Assembly (NCBI GenBank): GCA_963728665.1
Contig: CAVSLG010000018.1
Coordinates: forward strand, 43,762 to 107,761
Direction of reading: 5' to 3'
From: an uncultured Actinomycetes bacterium
GTDB lineage: Bacteria > Actinomycetota > UBA4738 > HRBIN12
DNA: 64,000 bases
The notes beneath the pieces were generated by a model. That model did no database searches and had not been told where the DNA came from. It was given only the letters and a program-made list of their open reading frames with translations. How positions within the stretch are numbered: position 1 is the stretch's first letter; the number at the start of each line of letters is the position of its first letter. The translations under genes and the position numbers were made by a program. Shown here piece after piece: positions 13,756-25,704 of this stretch.

Positions 13756-14805
13756 ATGGCGCAGACCCGTTCGCGGCAACCGCTCGATGATGCTGGTCGA
13801 GTCGGCGTTGGAGCCGCTCCTCCTTCACGACCCTCAACGAGTCGGTGGACGCAGCCCGCTGCCTACGCCGCGGCGGTCCTTGTCGTGCTCGCGTTCGTCG
13901 CCGTCTTCTTCCGTGAAGGCGGTCCGCCCGCCGTCCTCATCCCCTCGTCCGGCGCCTACTTCGGAAGCTGGGTCGCTCCCCGTGCCGGTGAGTCTCGCGC
14001 CGATGCGATCGTGCGGGTGGAGTCCCAGATCGGGCGTCGATTCGCGATCGACCATCAGTACTACAAGTGGGACTCGAACTTCCCCGGTGCCCACGAGACC
14101 TGGACGGTCTCCGAGGGGCGGATCCCGTTCATGAACTGGAAGGCGGAGCGGACCAACGGCCAGGTGATCACCTGGAGCAGGATCGCCTCCGGCGCCGAGG
14201 ACGCCGCGATCATCGCGAGGGCCGACGCGATCGAGGCGTTCGGGGTGCCCGTCTACCTCACGTTCCATCACGAGCCCGAGGACGACCTCGCGACCTGGGG
14301 CACCCCCGCCGAGTACGCCGCCGCGTTCCGGCACGTGGTCGACGTCTTCCGCGCACAGGGCGTGGATAACGTCGCGTTCGTCTGGACGATGATGGCCTGG
14401 ACGTTCGATCCTCGCTCGGGCAAGCCGATCGACGACTACTACCCGGGCAACGCCCACGTCGATCTGATCGGCAGCGACGGGTACAACTTCTACCCCGGCA
14501 AGGCCGGCGCCAACTGGGATTCCTTCAAGACCGTGTACCAGCCCACCCAGGACTACGCGGTGCGCCACGGCAAGCCGTGGATGGCCGTGGAGTGGGGAAC
14601 GCAGGAAGACCCGGCGGTCCCGGGTCGCAAGGGCCAGTGGATCGTCGACTCCCTTGCGGTGGCCAAGACCTGGCCCGATCTCAAGGGGCTGATCTACTTC
14701 GACGAGATCAAGGATGGCTATACGTGGATCACCGATAGCTCGGCCTCGTCGACGGCCGGCTTCGCCGAGATCGGGGCCGATGCGTACTTGGATCCTGAGG
14801 GGTAG
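13756..14805 (+). CDS. Secreted or membrane-anchored GH26-like TIM-barrel glycoside hydrolase (beta-mannanase family-like). Standalone copy A of the repeated catalytic cassette.
   Basis: N-terminal hydrophobic anchor AAYAAAVLVVLAFVAVFF. Candidate catalytic glutamates in VYLTFHHEPEDD and PWMAVEWG. About 90% identical at the protein level to the catalytic domains at 33.2, 44.0 and 46.7 kb. Confidence 0.6.
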   Translation: MAQTRSRQPLDDAGRVGVGAAPPSRPSTSRWTQPAAYAAAVLVVLAFVAVFFREGGPPAVLIPSSGAYFGSWVAPRAGESRADAIVRVESQIGRRFAIDHQYYKWDSNFPGAHETWTVSEGRIPFMNWKAERTNGQVITWSRIASGAEDAAIIARADAIEAFGVPVYLTFHHEPEDDLATWGTPAEYAAAFRHVVDVFRAQGVDNVAFVWTMMAWTFDPRSGKPIDDYYPGNAHVDLIGSDGYNFYPGKAGANWDSFKTVYQPTQDYAVRHGKPWMAVEWGTQEDPAVPGRKGQWIVDSLAVAKTWPDLKGLIYFDEIKDGYTWITDSSASSTAGFAEIGADAYLDPEG

Positions 14806-14872
14806 CTTTCCATGGCCTTCGAGCGGTCGATCCATAGCATCGACGGCCCAGGGAGGCATCGGCGCTCGTCGG

Positions 14873-15796
14873 TCAACGAGGATCGTCCGCACGACGGATG
14901 CGTTCGGAGAGCCAGTATTCGACGACGCCGGTCAAGTACCCGGCCGCGGCGAGGAGGATGCCTGCGCCGAGACAGGCGATCCGCAGGAGGCCCCCGAGAT
15001 CGCCGCGCCGAACCTGCCGAGACTCGCGGCGCAGTCCTTGGCTGAGCGCGACGGCGACGAACCTTCGATCTGCGTCGAGACCGGTCCTCGGAAGGTTCCG
15101 GTGAGCCGCGACCTTGCCTCGGTTGACGAAGAAACACCGGCGCCAGAAGTATCTCCACGTCAGCCGATCGGGGGACACGTAATGCCGCGCGACGGCCCTC
15201 GGCTCGAACAGGATCTGCCTGTCCGGCCAACGATGTGCGAGCCGGTGACACATGTCCATGTCGTCGTGGTTGTCGGAATGGAAGTAACCGATCTGCCGAA
15301 GAGCGTCGCTCTTGACCGACATCACTGCCCCGATCAGCCGAGGCGTGCGCGCCAGCTTCGTCGGCAGCCCCGCGTACACGCATCCGAAGACCCAATCGAA
15401 CTCGTGCGGGAACCACACGGGACGAGGTCGTGAGTAGACGGGCATCGGTGCACCCCCAACCGCCACGACGGATGGGTCCAGGTATGGCGCCTGCAAACGT
15501 TCGAGTAGATCCGGTTCGGCGCGAGCGTCATCATCGAGGAAGACGAGGATGTCACCCCGCGCCACCTCAGCCGCAGTTCTTCGTGCCGACCCCAGGCGAC
15601 CACCGTGGCGGTTCGGGATGACGCTGATCGGGACAGTTGCCTCTCCTCGGATGAGGTCGGTGTCGAGCGCACGCTGCAGCATCTCGTCGTTGTGGTCGAT
15701 GCACACGATGATCTCGAGCGGCGGTGCGGTCTGCGTCGTCAACGACTCAACGGATTCGAGGAAGAGTGACCACCGATCGAGCGTGTAGGCGCACAC
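14873..15796 (-). CDS. Family 2 glycosyltransferase (GT2)
   Basis: CAYTLDRW...EIIVCIDHNDEM...DILVFLDDDARAEPD...(DxD) and a C-terminal TM segment. GT-A fold signatures. Confidence 0.7.
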   Translation of the reverse strand: MCAYTLDRWSLFLESVESLTTQTAPPLEIIVCIDHNDEMLQRALDTDLIRGEATVPISVIPNRHGGRLGSARRTAAEVARGDILVFLDDDARAEPDLLERLQAPYLDPSVVAVGGAPMPVYSRPRPVWFPHEFDWVFGCVYAGLPTKLARTPRLIGAVMSVKSDALRQIGYFHSDNHDDMDMCHRLAHRWPDRQILFEPRAVARHYVSPDRLTWRYFWRRCFFVNRGKVAAHRNLPRTGLDADRRFVAVALSQGLRRESRQVRRGDLGGLLRIACLGAGILLAAAGYLTGVVEYWLSERIRRADDPR

Positions 15797-16727
15797 GATC
15801 GCGAGACATGCTCACAGCACCCGCTTCGACCAACAGAATCCCTTCCTGCCTATCTTTCGCACGGGGCACAACCTCGAACGCTCGCAGAGGGACGCCGAGG
15901 GCCTCCAGTTCGGCTCGGCCCGGGACGCCGGGAGCGGGACGGATCAGCCCGAGCAGCGAGTCGGCTCTGAACGGCAGAGTGAAGGGGAGAAGCTCCGCGA
16001 GGCGCATCGTCGCGTATAACGGCTGCCAGGGTACGGGGACGAAGCGACACGTGCGACCATCCCAAGACGCCAACGTCGAGAGCAGGTCGCGGAAATCGAC
16101 GGGATCGGGATTGGCAACGCCGACCGGCCGGGTCGGAGCCTCCGTCGCTTCGGCCGCCGCGGTGACCACCGCGACGAAGTCCTCCTGGTGCACGGTGTAC
16201 TGGCGCATCTCGCCGATGGGAACGGGAACCAGCGGGAGTCGCACCAACCTCCTCAACAAGGCGATCATGCCGCCCGCTCTCTCTCCGAACACGAGGCCAG
16301 GCCGGAGCACCCAACCACCGATCTGCAACGTCGCTGCCTCGATCGCGAGCTTGGCTCGCCCGTACAGCTGAGTCGTGCCTTCGTATGCCGACATACTCGA
16401 GAGCACGATGACGCGAGGGACCTCGGCCGCCGAGGCGGCGCGAAGCAGCCTCCGGGTCCCTCCGATGTTCACTCTCTTGATGTCCGAGGGGCGAGTCAGC
16501 GTGAGGTCGTAGGCGCAGTGGATGAGCACATCCACGCCAGCGAGCAAGCCCTCGTCGCACGGGGCCGCCAAGTCGAACTGCCGAGCCTCGCCGTCACCCT
16601 GAACCGTCGAGCGAACGAGCGATATCGAACGCCACCCCGAGGTGCTCAGTGATCGGCGGATCAGGCCTCCGAGGTAGCCGTGCGCTCCGGTGATCGCCAC
16701 GGTCCTCTGTGCTCCCTCTGTCGTCAT
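15747..16727 (-). CDS. NAD-dependent epimerase/dehydratase (extended SDR)
   Basis: N-terminal VAITGAHGYLGGLIRRSL (GxxGxxG Rossmann). YGRAK resembles the YxxxK catalytic dyad. Overlaps the downstream GT2 start by 50 bp. Confidence 0.7.
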   Translation of the reverse strand: MTTEGAQRTVAITGAHGYLGGLIRRSLSTSGWRSISLVRSTVQGDGEARQFDLAAPCDEGLLAGVDVLIHCAYDLTLTRPSDIKRVNIGGTRRLLRAASAAEVPRVIVLSSMSAYEGTTQLYGRAKLAIEAATLQIGGWVLRPGLVFGERAGGMIALLRRLVRLPLVPVPIGEMRQYTVHQEDFVAVVTAAAEATEAPTRPVGVANPDPVDFRDLLSTLASWDGRTCRFVPVPWQPLYATMRLAELLPFTLPFRADSLLGLIRPAPGVPGRAELEALGVPLRAFEVVPRAKDRQEGILLVEAGAVSMSRDRVRLHARSVVTLPRIR

Positions 16728-18322
16728 CGGTAGAGGTCCAGCGATCGACTCGCGATGCGATGGGCATTGGCCATGATCGTCAGCGTGAAGGTCGTTGCCG
16801 GGATGTTAGGAAAGGTGGCGGCGTCGACCAAGTGGATCCGCTCCCGGGGAGCGGTCTGCCGAGCAGATCGCTTCCGAGCCTCGTCACCGGCTTCTCCTGA
16901 TGAGGGAAGCTGCCTCCGAAGTGGTAGCTCTTCGCACCGCCCGAGAACACGACGTATGGCATCACAGGCCACAGATCGAGGTGGCGAGCCGAGCGGATGA
17001 CACGCGCGAACACGGCCCGCAGCATCTGGTTCTCACGCCAACGGACCTCCTCCCTTCGGATCTGGAAGGGGGGAGGGCGCCTTCTGTCACGGGTGCGCGG
17101 ATCTGCAGTCGAAGGCTCGGTGAGGCCCACGACGGCAGGTACCCGAGCGCCACTGAGAATCGCCGGAGGAGCTGGTCCCTCGCGGGGCGAGAGGCACGGT
17201 GACGAAGGAATGCCGGGAGCCCGTCCTCGAACGCTGGGTCATAGGTATAGAAGTGAAGCAGCGATAGGTCGACTCCGCCACCGCCTGGGCTCACCAACAT
17301 GTTGAACTGGTTGAGCGTGAACTGGGGTTCGACCCTGGGGTCGGTGGCGGTCGGGGTCAGGCTGAAGAACGGCAGAGCGAACTGAGCGGCTTCGTAGAGT
17401 CGGATCGTCGAATCGAACAGCCCCAGCGAGTGTGCGGCGATCCGCGTGGAACCGATCGCGCCGCATGCGATGTAGACACGGTCTGCCTCGAAACGTCGAA
17501 TGCGGTCCGACCCACGCTCCTGCGCCCAGACGAACGCACGCCCATCATCTTCCCCGACTCGCGCCGCCAGAAGGTCACCGAGGTAGGTGATCCGTCCGGC
17601 GAGTCGCAGCCGGTCGATGGTCGAGGAAGCAGAATAGATGAGCGAGTATGGACACCCGGTCATACACAAGCCGCATCGGACGCAGGCGGAGGCCTCGAAG
17701 GCGAGTCTCGCTCGTCCGACGGTGACGCCGTGTCGTGCGAGTTTCGTGCGGTTGGCTGCGTAGTTGCGCAGGACTTGAGCGGTCCTGTCGGATGGGCTCG
17801 GCAGGGGGGTCGGCACGCCGATCAACGGGAAGAGCTCCGCGAGATCGTCCTCTTCCCCCGCCAGCGGCACCTCATCCAGGATCGCCCGATAGTGCGGTTC
17901 CATCTCCGCTGCTGAGATCGGCCACGTATCGAACGTTGCCTCGGTGAACGGCATGACCTGAGATCCCCATACGTTGCTGAAGCCCCCATATGCCCCTGAC
18001 ACCAAGGCCCGATTCACGTCGGGGCTCGGGCTGATGTCTCGGAGCTGTCCCGTGTCCCGGAAGGGGAAGTCGGAGCCGTAGGCTGCTTCTCGGGGATGCC
18101 CTTCACGCCCGAATCGACCGGTCGGGCCGAGACTTGTGAGAGCTTCAACGGATCCCACCCATCCTGCGTTTGGGTAGAGAGCTCGTCGACGATCGCGCGA
18201 CGATCTTGCTCCAGCCGCAGGCCGAGATCGATCACTGTGATCTGGAGGTCGCTCCGCTGGGAGAGCGCCATGGCTGCGCCAGCAGCCGCCGGTCCCGAAC
18301 CGATCACCAAGGCACTGGTCAT
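16724..18322 (-). CDS. GMC-type FAD-dependent oxidoreductase. At least 2 frameshifts.
   Basis: N-terminal MTSALVIGSGPAAAGAAMAL (FAD binding; frame 18014..18700). Central body in frame 16962..18158. GMC C-terminal signature IHLVDAATFPNIPATTFTLTIMANAHRIA in frame 16724..16972. Confidence 0.55.
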
Positions 18323-18405
18323 CGCAACCCCAGGTGTCCAGCGACCCCCGGGCGATCGCGGTCCCGAGGTCTGCTGAGGACGCTGAGGAACCTGCCGGCG
18401 TCGGG

Positions 18406-19413
18406 TCACGTCAGCGAGCAACCGATGCCGAGCCGCCGGCTTTCGTCTCGAACCAACTGAAAGGTCTCCGAGGAGGTCGGCGAGTGCACGGTTCGGTTCA
18501 TCGAACGACCCTGCAAGAAAGCGCGCGCTGCGGCCGACATGGGGTCGTAGCTGTGGGCGTTCTTCGTCGGGTAGCTCTTGAGTGCGTGGTCCGGCAACCC
18601 GAGGAAGGTGAGCACGTCGCGGTAGGCACGCTGGGGTTGAGCGAAGAAGTCGCCACTGTCCACGATGAGCATCTGGCTCCGCGAGAGATGGCTCAGCCAT
18701 CGTCGCAGTTGGTCGACGTATATCCCGCGGGCGACGTACGAGTGGTGTTGATGCTCTTCACTATGGTAATTGGGATCCGCGGACAATCGCTCGGCCTCCC
18801 CTGCGAGGCGTTCACCCTCCATCCTCAATGCGTCCTCGAACGGCAACGTCTCGTAGCCTCGTTCCACTTCGTGCCGATACTGGGAGTAGGCCTGCGCAAC
18901 CGGGTCTCGGAGCATCACGATGATCCGCACGTTCGGGAGTGTACTCGCGACCCTGGGGGGAACGTTCGGGTGGAGGAGGTAGTAGGGGCTGCTCTCTCCC
19001 GTGAGCGTTCGATGGTCGGCTCGTCTCGACACGAGCGACCTGTATCGACGGGTTGGGAAGTGGGACGCGTACCAGCTGTCGCCTCGTTCGTAGTTGACGT
19101 CGAAGTAGTGAACGCCCTTGCAAAGGACAGCCGGAACGACGGCGGGGTGCTGCGACAGGTAGGTGTACATCGACGTGGTCCCGCAGCGCTGTGCGCCGAT
19201 GATGAGGAAGTCCGGCAGGTCTCGGTATCGATGCGTCGCGGCTGTGATGCCGCGAGAAGCCCTCCAGAGGGTTCTATGCGCTCCTTTCAGGATGCCGGTC
19301 GGCAGGCTCATGTTCCGAGGGACTCGTACCGGCCTTCGTCGGCGAGCGGTACCGTTACGCTGGGAGTCGAACCCCTCAGACGTTCCCTCACGATCGTGCG
19401 CAACACCCGCCAT
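18406..19413 (-). CDS. PAPS-dependent carbohydrate sulfotransferase (second copy; intact ORF)
   Basis: LPDFLIIGAQRCGTTSMYTYL (5'-PSB) and RIIVMLRDPVAQAYSQY (3'-PB). A likely start is M at about 19311 (MSLPTGILKG). Confidence 0.7.
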   Translation of the reverse strand: MAGVAHDREGTSEGFDSQRNGTARRRRPVRVPRNMSLPTGILKGAHRTLWRASRGITAATHRYRDLPDFLIIGAQRCGTTSMYTYLSQHPAVVPAVLCKGVHYFDVNYERGDSWYASHFPTRRYRSLVSRRADHRTLTGESSPYYLLHPNVPPRVASTLPNVRIIVMLRDPVAQAYSQYRHEVERGYETLPFEDALRMEGERLAGEAERLSADPNYHSEEHQHHSYVARGIYVDQLRRWLSHLSRSQMLIVDSGDFFAQPQRAYRDVLTFLGLPDHALKSYPTKNAHSYDPMSAAARAFLQGRSMNRTVHSPTSSETFQLVRDESRRLGIGCSLT

Positions 19414-19428
19414 CCATCGGGGATTGCT

Positions 19429-20229
19429 TCAGGTTCTCACTCCAGAGATCCTCGCGTGTTCATAACTCGGGACCTCTGCGACGCGGATGCGAGCCTTCGC
19501 GAGTCGAACGTTCATCAATGTCTCCACCTCGAACCCGTCGCAGTCGACATTGAGATGCGGCAAGCATTCAACGAGGAAGGCATTGTAGCCGTAGCAGAGG
19601 TCTGAGTAGCTGCTCCGGAAGAGGAGGTTGACCAGGCGGGTCAAGACAGCGTTGCAAGCCCTGCGCACACCCGTTATGTCTTGGCTCCCACCTCCCTTGG
19701 CAAAACGCGTCCCCCTTCGCGAATTGCGCACCTTGCGACAACGCATCGAGGAACTTCGGGATCTCGCCGATCGGCGGACCCGTCCGCATCAGCATCACGA
19801 TGATGTCTCGGTCGTGGCCCTGAAGCCAGCGGCCAGGGCGTTGCCCTTCCCTTTGCCGACCTGCTGCACCACCCGCACGCGGGGACAGAGCCTCCTGGCC
19901 ACCTCGATGGTCTCGTCGCTCGATCTGCCGTCAACGAGCACGACTTCATCGACGACCGCCGGTAGGAGCGGGAGGATGAATCGGAGGTTGTCAGCTTCGT
20001 TCATGGCTGGGATGACGACGCTTACGGTCGGTTTGATACTCCTCACCGGGGGTGGCTCAGCGTGCGCAGTCGCCACTGGGTGAGGGGATCCCTCAATCGA
20101 ATACAGAGGACGTGGTACGTGGCCTTGCGATCTTGCCGGAACCTGCATCTGCGCCGACCTCCGTCGTGCCCAATGACCATGCTCGTATGGTTCGGATGCC
20201 CTCCCCCGTTTGGGGGATGCCTTATCCAC
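19429..20229 (-). CDS. GT2 polyprenyl-phosphate sugar synthase-like glycosyltransferase (DPM1/GtrB-like). One frameshift near 19780.
   Basis: N-terminal half TVSVVIPAMNEADNLRFILPLL...EVVLVDGRSSDETIEVARR...QVGKGKGNALAAGF (frame 19795..20229). C-terminal half YGYNAFLVECLPHLNVDCDGFEVETLMNVRLAKARIRVAEVP (frame 19429..19746). Confidence 0.55.
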
Positions 20230-20268
20230 ACTAGCTGGTAGCTGCTCGCGAGGTCAACACGCCACAGG

Positions 20269-21230
20269 CTATGGAGCGGGGCCCGGAGCGTGATCCGTCG
20301 AGGATGAGGCTTCGTATCCGAAGCGGCGCAAGAGCGGCCAGGTCAGCAGGCTCACGTATCGCTGCTCCCGACGAGTCAAATCCGTCTTCCATCCCTCGTC
20401 CGCTTTGAGCTCGACCGATCCGCGGGCGAACCTCACCGGATTGCCAGAGATGTTGTGCACGACCGACAGCTGGACCCGTCGATCACCGTGGAAGGGAGGC
20501 ACCGCGTCGGCGATGCCGGTCCATCGCAGGATCTGGGCAACACGCAGGGCCGGATCGGCCACGAAGTCTTCGTGCCGCATCGTCATGCAATGTGACGACC
20601 TTCCCCACTCCGCCTCGATCAACGAACCTCGGTACAGCCAGGTGAGGGATGACCTGGTGAGCCCGTGTGAGTCCATCGTGCCGGCTACCCCAGCCTCGTA
20701 TCGAACACGCTTCTTCAAGCTCGAAGCGACCCCCCGGGGGTCCCGGACGAGGTGAAGGAAGTAAGGCCTCAGGCCGGGGATTCCCTCCGCGATCGCGGCA
20801 TGCCATGGCGTCTTCGAAGCGTCGACCAGAACCGTGCTCGGGGTGGCCGGCCGCTCGGTAGAGCGGTCCAGCAGTTGACGGTAAGCATCGGCTGCCGGTG
20901 CATCGAGTCGATCCACGCGGTATCCGCCTCTTCCGATCATCGTGTCCCCAAGCGGGCCATCGCGCGACGACCTCACGGTGAACCAAGCTCGATCCGCGCC
21001 GAAAGCACTGGTGGCGATCGGGGTCCAGAACTAACACCGGCTGAATTGCGCCTCACACCCGCAGGTCATATCGAGCCCGAATCCCGGCTCCCAGATGTTG
21101 TTGACCTCACCGAGCGTGACCACTCCGGGCGTGCTTCCGAGCACGTTCGCTAGGATCGTGGAACCGCTCCGGTCCCAGCCGAGGATCAGAGGACCTCGCG
21201 TGCTCACCACGGAGGGACCGCCGAAGGTCG
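20269..21230 (-). CDS. Stf0-like sulfotransferase (third sulfotransferase; trehalose/sugar sulfotransferase family-like). Frameshifted near 21030.
   Basis: N-terminal PLILGWDRSGSTILANVLG (RSGST P-loop-like 5'-PSB of Stf0/PF09037; frame 21031..21486). C-terminal LHLVRDPRGVASSLKKR...HCMTMRHEDFVADPALRVAQILRW (frame 20269..20976). Confidence 0.5.
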
Positions 21231-21499
21231 CATTGACGAACAGATCCGGCCCCGGGCACGATGCGGCGATGCATGGACCACGATCAGGCGCTGGAGCTAT
21301 TACGTGGCCATGTTCTGGGAGCGGTCCTCGTGCACCAGGAGCTCTTTCGTCCGTCGTGGGTTCGGGGCGGCAGGCCTGCTGCGCCGCAACAGCGAAGCCT
21401 ACGTGTTGATGTCGTTCCTGCCACTCGGATCTGTTGGGGGCGACGCAGAACCCAGCGGTCGCGCCGGCGAGTCGAGATCGGCCCATCGTCGGGGGGTCA

Positions 21500-23200
21500 G
21501 GGTGCGTGGTTCCAGTGATGGCGCTCCTCTGTCGCCTTGCCGTGGGTGATGCTGTCGCACGTGACCTCGATCTCCCCAGGCCGTGGTCGGCCTCTGAGAG
21601 GGGTCCTGGGCCTCCTGGTGATCTAGGCTACCTGGGGGTGCACAAGGTGGATCCTGCCACCCACACAAGCCAGGATCGACGGTCGGGCCGTGATCCGACC
21701 CGGCCCGCGAGTGTCTCTACATCGCGGTTGGGCGATTGTGGCAGCGGTACATCTCGATTCGGTGCCTGTGTCGCTCCTTCGGCTTTCGCGGAGTGGCCAG
21801 GTCAACATCGAACCGTGTCCGGCAATCTCGTCGTCCCCGTGTACTTCGGCGTCGTCGCCATGAGTCGAACGGGGTCATCCGGCTCACTCTGGTACTCGCT
21901 GCTGTGCTCATCTCTCTCTCTCGTCGAGGGCGAACTCCTGATGGGATCCTCCCCTCCAGCCTGCTGGACTCGGATCGCACGCGCGACTTGGCGTTCATCG
22001 CCCCAGCAGCCATGTCCTCTACTTCGACCTGTGGCGCAGCCCCGCAACGTCATTAGGCACCTGTTGAGGATGGCCTCGACCAAGCCGTCAGCCATCGCGG
22101 CGCAGTGATCCCAACGTCCCTAGGTGAACCGGAGTTGCATCTCCAGGGCGTAGAGGCACGCAAGCCCCCCGTGTTGCTGATCGTCGACCCCGAGCCGGCT
22201 GAGCGTCGGCGAGGTTGCCTCGAGAGCGTCCACGAGTGCCCGCCCCGGGCTCCCCTTCCTGCTCGAAGACCTTGGGAAGTAGTAATCGAGGGCGTCGAAC
22301 CCGATGGGAACGTCGGGCGCGGTTCGTCCCGAGTCCCACACGATCAGAGTTCCGGCGCGCCAAGCTAGGTTCCAGGGAGCTCGATCCCCGTCAACCGGCC
22401 GAACCTGAACTCTCATCGGCCCACCGTGCTCGATCGTGGCTGGCGAGCACGGCCGTGACCTCGCTGGACACGGACATGGAGTCCGGCCGACGCGAACCAA
22501 CGCGAGGTATGCCTCCTTGAGCCTTCGTATTCCGGTGCCATCGAGTGACGCGATCTCCTCCAGCACATCTGCCCCCGGGGGGTGCTTCGAGCTTTGGTAA
22601 ACCGAGCACCGATGAAGTCACGCAGACCGTGCGATGATTCCACGTTCCACGATGGAGAACCCGGGGACGACCAATGTGCCGGGCTGTAGGCGCTGGCGAG
22701 CCTGAGGAAGTTTCCTGTTCGACATCAGCGTGCTGGTGAGCGGAATCCACCCGATCTTCGCGAAGCCAAGGGTCTCCCCGCCATCCCGTGAATGCAACCT
22801 AAGATGGCTTCTCGTTCGACGACGAGACCCAAACAAGCATGAGAGTTCCACTGCGGATTACCCAACGGCGTCGGCGAGGAACTCGTGCAGTGTTCGATCG
22901 CCGTGTCCCTAAAAGTGGAGGCGGATCGCAACCTGATCCTTCACCGAGCAGTCTGGTCGTGGCCGCAGGCTCAGCGAGCCAACCCAGACCGCGGGTGAAC
23001 GCGTCGCCCATAGAATCTGCCTCGGTCCAGCGAGTCATCGCCGCCGCAGTGGTCCGGGGATCATGGAGAGGCAATAGCCCGAGCACACCGTGCCGCAGGA
23101 CGAGCGCGAACTCACGCCACCCGGGATCGAGTGGCCGATCGAACTGACCCGGATGTCTTCGGGGCGAAACAGCTCAGTCGTGAGCCGCTCCCGCTCCCGA
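21500..23200. other. Patch with lower GC (about 55-62%) and no convincing ORF; probable decayed gene remnants
   Basis: Only short, stop-ridden ORFs on both strands. The composition departs visibly from its flanks. Confidence 0.3.
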
Positions 23201-23389
23201 CTCACGGAACCTGTCACTTGGATCCCGTGCCGAGCTGGCGCCTTCCTCGCAGCCTGCCTGCGATCAAGTCGGTCAGCTCGCCTAGGTCGAGCGGGATCCG
23301 CCAACGCCAGACGATGGTCGCGTATGCCGCAGTTGCCACGACTAAGAAGACGAGCAACTCGGTAGATCGTTGCCAAACGCCCTGGTGAC

Positions 23390-24790
23390 GAGCAGCCCTC
23401 CGAAGCCGAACACGAGCAGCGACGCCCCAGCGGCCACCTCCAGCCTGACCGAACGGGTGGAACCGTGGACGAACGCAGCTCGAGGAGTGGGAGCGTGTTC
23501 GCGAGCAGCCGGCTGACGGCCCAGGCGATGGCGGCGCCGTCGAGTCCGATCTTCGGGATGAGCCAGAGGTCAGAGCGACATTGGCGAAGAACGGACCATC
23601 GAGTTCACGAGGCTCCACATCGTCTTGCCTGACATCACGAGGAGCACGTCCACGGTCCCGAGCCCGCTGCCGACCAGGGCAGAGCCCGCGAGGATCGCGA
23701 CGACGACGTCGCGTCGTCGAAGCCGCTGCCGAAGATGCGGAGGAGCGCCGGCGCAAAGATCCAGACCGTGAGGAAGATCGGCCACGTGAGCCCGACCAAC
23801 CATCCGGTCGAGACCTGATACACGGACTGAGCCCGGACCGTTTCCTCCCCGCGCGAGCAGCTTTCAATAGATGGGCTCGACGACCTGCCCGATCGCCTCT
23901 ACGGCGATGAACCCGACCTGCAACAGTCGGGTGGCAACGGTGTAGACGGCAGCCGCCGTCGGTGAGATCAGCGCCCCGACCAACACGACGTCGAGCCAGA
24001 GCACGCCGACCCGGAACGCCGACGCGAACGCTCGCGGCAGCGAGAAGATCCAGAACCCGGATTGTGTTGCCCCAGGCGATCCGATGGTGAGCCGCCACCT
24101 GCGAACCGTCGTTCCCACAAAGCCCGAAGCCATGCCACGCCGATCACGAGCGACAGCGCCACGCCGGCTCCCCAGCCCCCGACCAGCCAGGCCGTACCGG
24201 CCGAGATGATGACGCACACCAGTCCGAAGATCAGCTGGGTACCTGTGCGCACAAGGCGCTCGGCCGTGACCGTCGGCACCATGGTGCCGTAGCCCCTAGT
24301 GGCGGCGAGACGAGAGGTTCAGGGCGCCGATCGGGACGAAGAAGGCGAGGACCGTGACCATCTGGGTCACCGTCTCCACCTCGCGCCGCCCGCCGAGCGC
24401 GCTGCCGAGCTCGGCGGCGTGGCCATGCCGACGATCGAGGCGATGACGGCGACGCCCATCACGGGCACGAGTTGACGGTCAACAGCCGCCATAACCCGTT
24501 CGGCCGTCGAGCGCGAGGGCTCGCGCCGTGAACCGCACCATACCGTGTCGGCGCCGAGGGTCGCGCAGATCACGACGATCGTGAACAACGCGATCGACTC
24601 GAAGAACGCGCCCGCCACCCGGCACCGAAGCCCCGGGTCACGACGAGGATCAGCAGCATCGACATCGCGCCGCCGACCGCGCTCCCTGCGATGTTGAGCG
24701 ACCCACCCTTGGCCACCGCTGCGATGTCTCGCGTCCTGGGTCGTGTGCTCATCACGGTCTCGAGTGCTCGACTGGGGACGATCGCCGTCA
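23390..24790 (-). pseudogene. Remnants of a Wzx-type polysaccharide flippase (polysaccharide biosynthesis protein family), fragmented into at least 5 frames
   Basis: The pieces IAAVAKGGSLNIAGSAVGGAMSMLLILVVTRGFGA (N-terminus), FFESIALFTIVVICATLGAD, AAVYTVATRLLQVGFIAVEAIGQVVEPIY and WPIFLTVWIFAPALLRIFGSGFDDA lie in different minus-strand frames (ORFs 24570..25109, 24367..24810, 23864..24217, 23635..23823). Confidence 0.45.
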
Positions 24791-25704
24791 GAAGCCACGT
24801 CCGGCGGCATTCAGCCATCTCATCAGACGTCCAGAGTCCAGGAGCCGGACCGCGACGACAGGCGCCGCGTAGGCCCGGATCTGACGCCAATCGAGCCGAG
24901 CCGCTTCTCGGGACGTTGCGAGGGCCCGCTTGCGGTGACCCGACGCCGCCTGCGCGAAGGCGCGCTGTCCAAGGATCCGCGCCAGTCCGCGCGGGTCCGA
25001 ATCGAACTCGGGCGTCTTGGCCACGAGGTAGGCGAGCGCCTCGTCGATCATCTCCCATCGATCGACGAAATACGATTGCTTGTGCCACTGCACGAGGGTC
25101 GTACATCACGGACCGCGACGATCGGCCGTTCCCGTGCCGCCCGGATGAGCCAGTCGTAGTCCTCGGCGTAGCTCCCCGGCAATCGTTCGTCGACCAGGCC
25201 GAGGTAGGAGTCGATGGCTGATCGCTTCACCAGGAAGGTCGACGGATGGGCGGCGGGGAGCCGATTCCTGATCAGATCGCCTATCGAGATGGACTCGCGA
25301 CCCGTGCGGCGTGGGATCCTACGGTCTCCGTGCGCGATGATGATGCTCCCGACGAGGAAGTCGACGCTGTCGTCGGACTGGGCGGCCGCCCATTGACGGC
25401 CGAGCTTCTGCGGAGCCCAGACGTCGTCGTCGTCGCAGAACGCTATCCACTCCGACCGAGACGCGAGGATCCCGGTGTTCCGTGCACCGGCGAGGCCCGG
25501 CGTCCTGTCGTTCGTGACCGTCGCGATCGAGATCTCTCGAGTCAGGGACGACAGCGTTGAGTCGACCTTCGTCTGATCGAACACGACGACGATCTCCCGT
25601 ATCAGACGCGTGTCCTGTTGGAGCATCCCTCGTATCGCGCGGCGAAGGAGTTCGGGGCGGTCCCGGGTCGGAACGATGACGGAAACCGGGGCGTCGGAAG
25701 TCAT
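24788..25704 (-). CDS. GT2 glycosyltransferase. One frameshift near 25090.
   Basis: PVSVIVPTRDRPELLRRAIRGMLQQ...EIVVVFD...AGARNTGILASRSEWIAFCDDDDVW (DxD). The C-terminus continues in frame 24788..25093. Confidence 0.6.

Noticed and set aside
16724-18322. A DprE1/DprE2-like epimerization pair (FAD oxidoreductase + SDR) making a polyprenyl-P-pentose donor
   Set aside because: The FAD enzyme is GMC/Rossmann-type (GSGPAAAG ... FPNIP..TFTLTIMA), not the VAO-type fold of DprE1. The analogy is therefore not supported.
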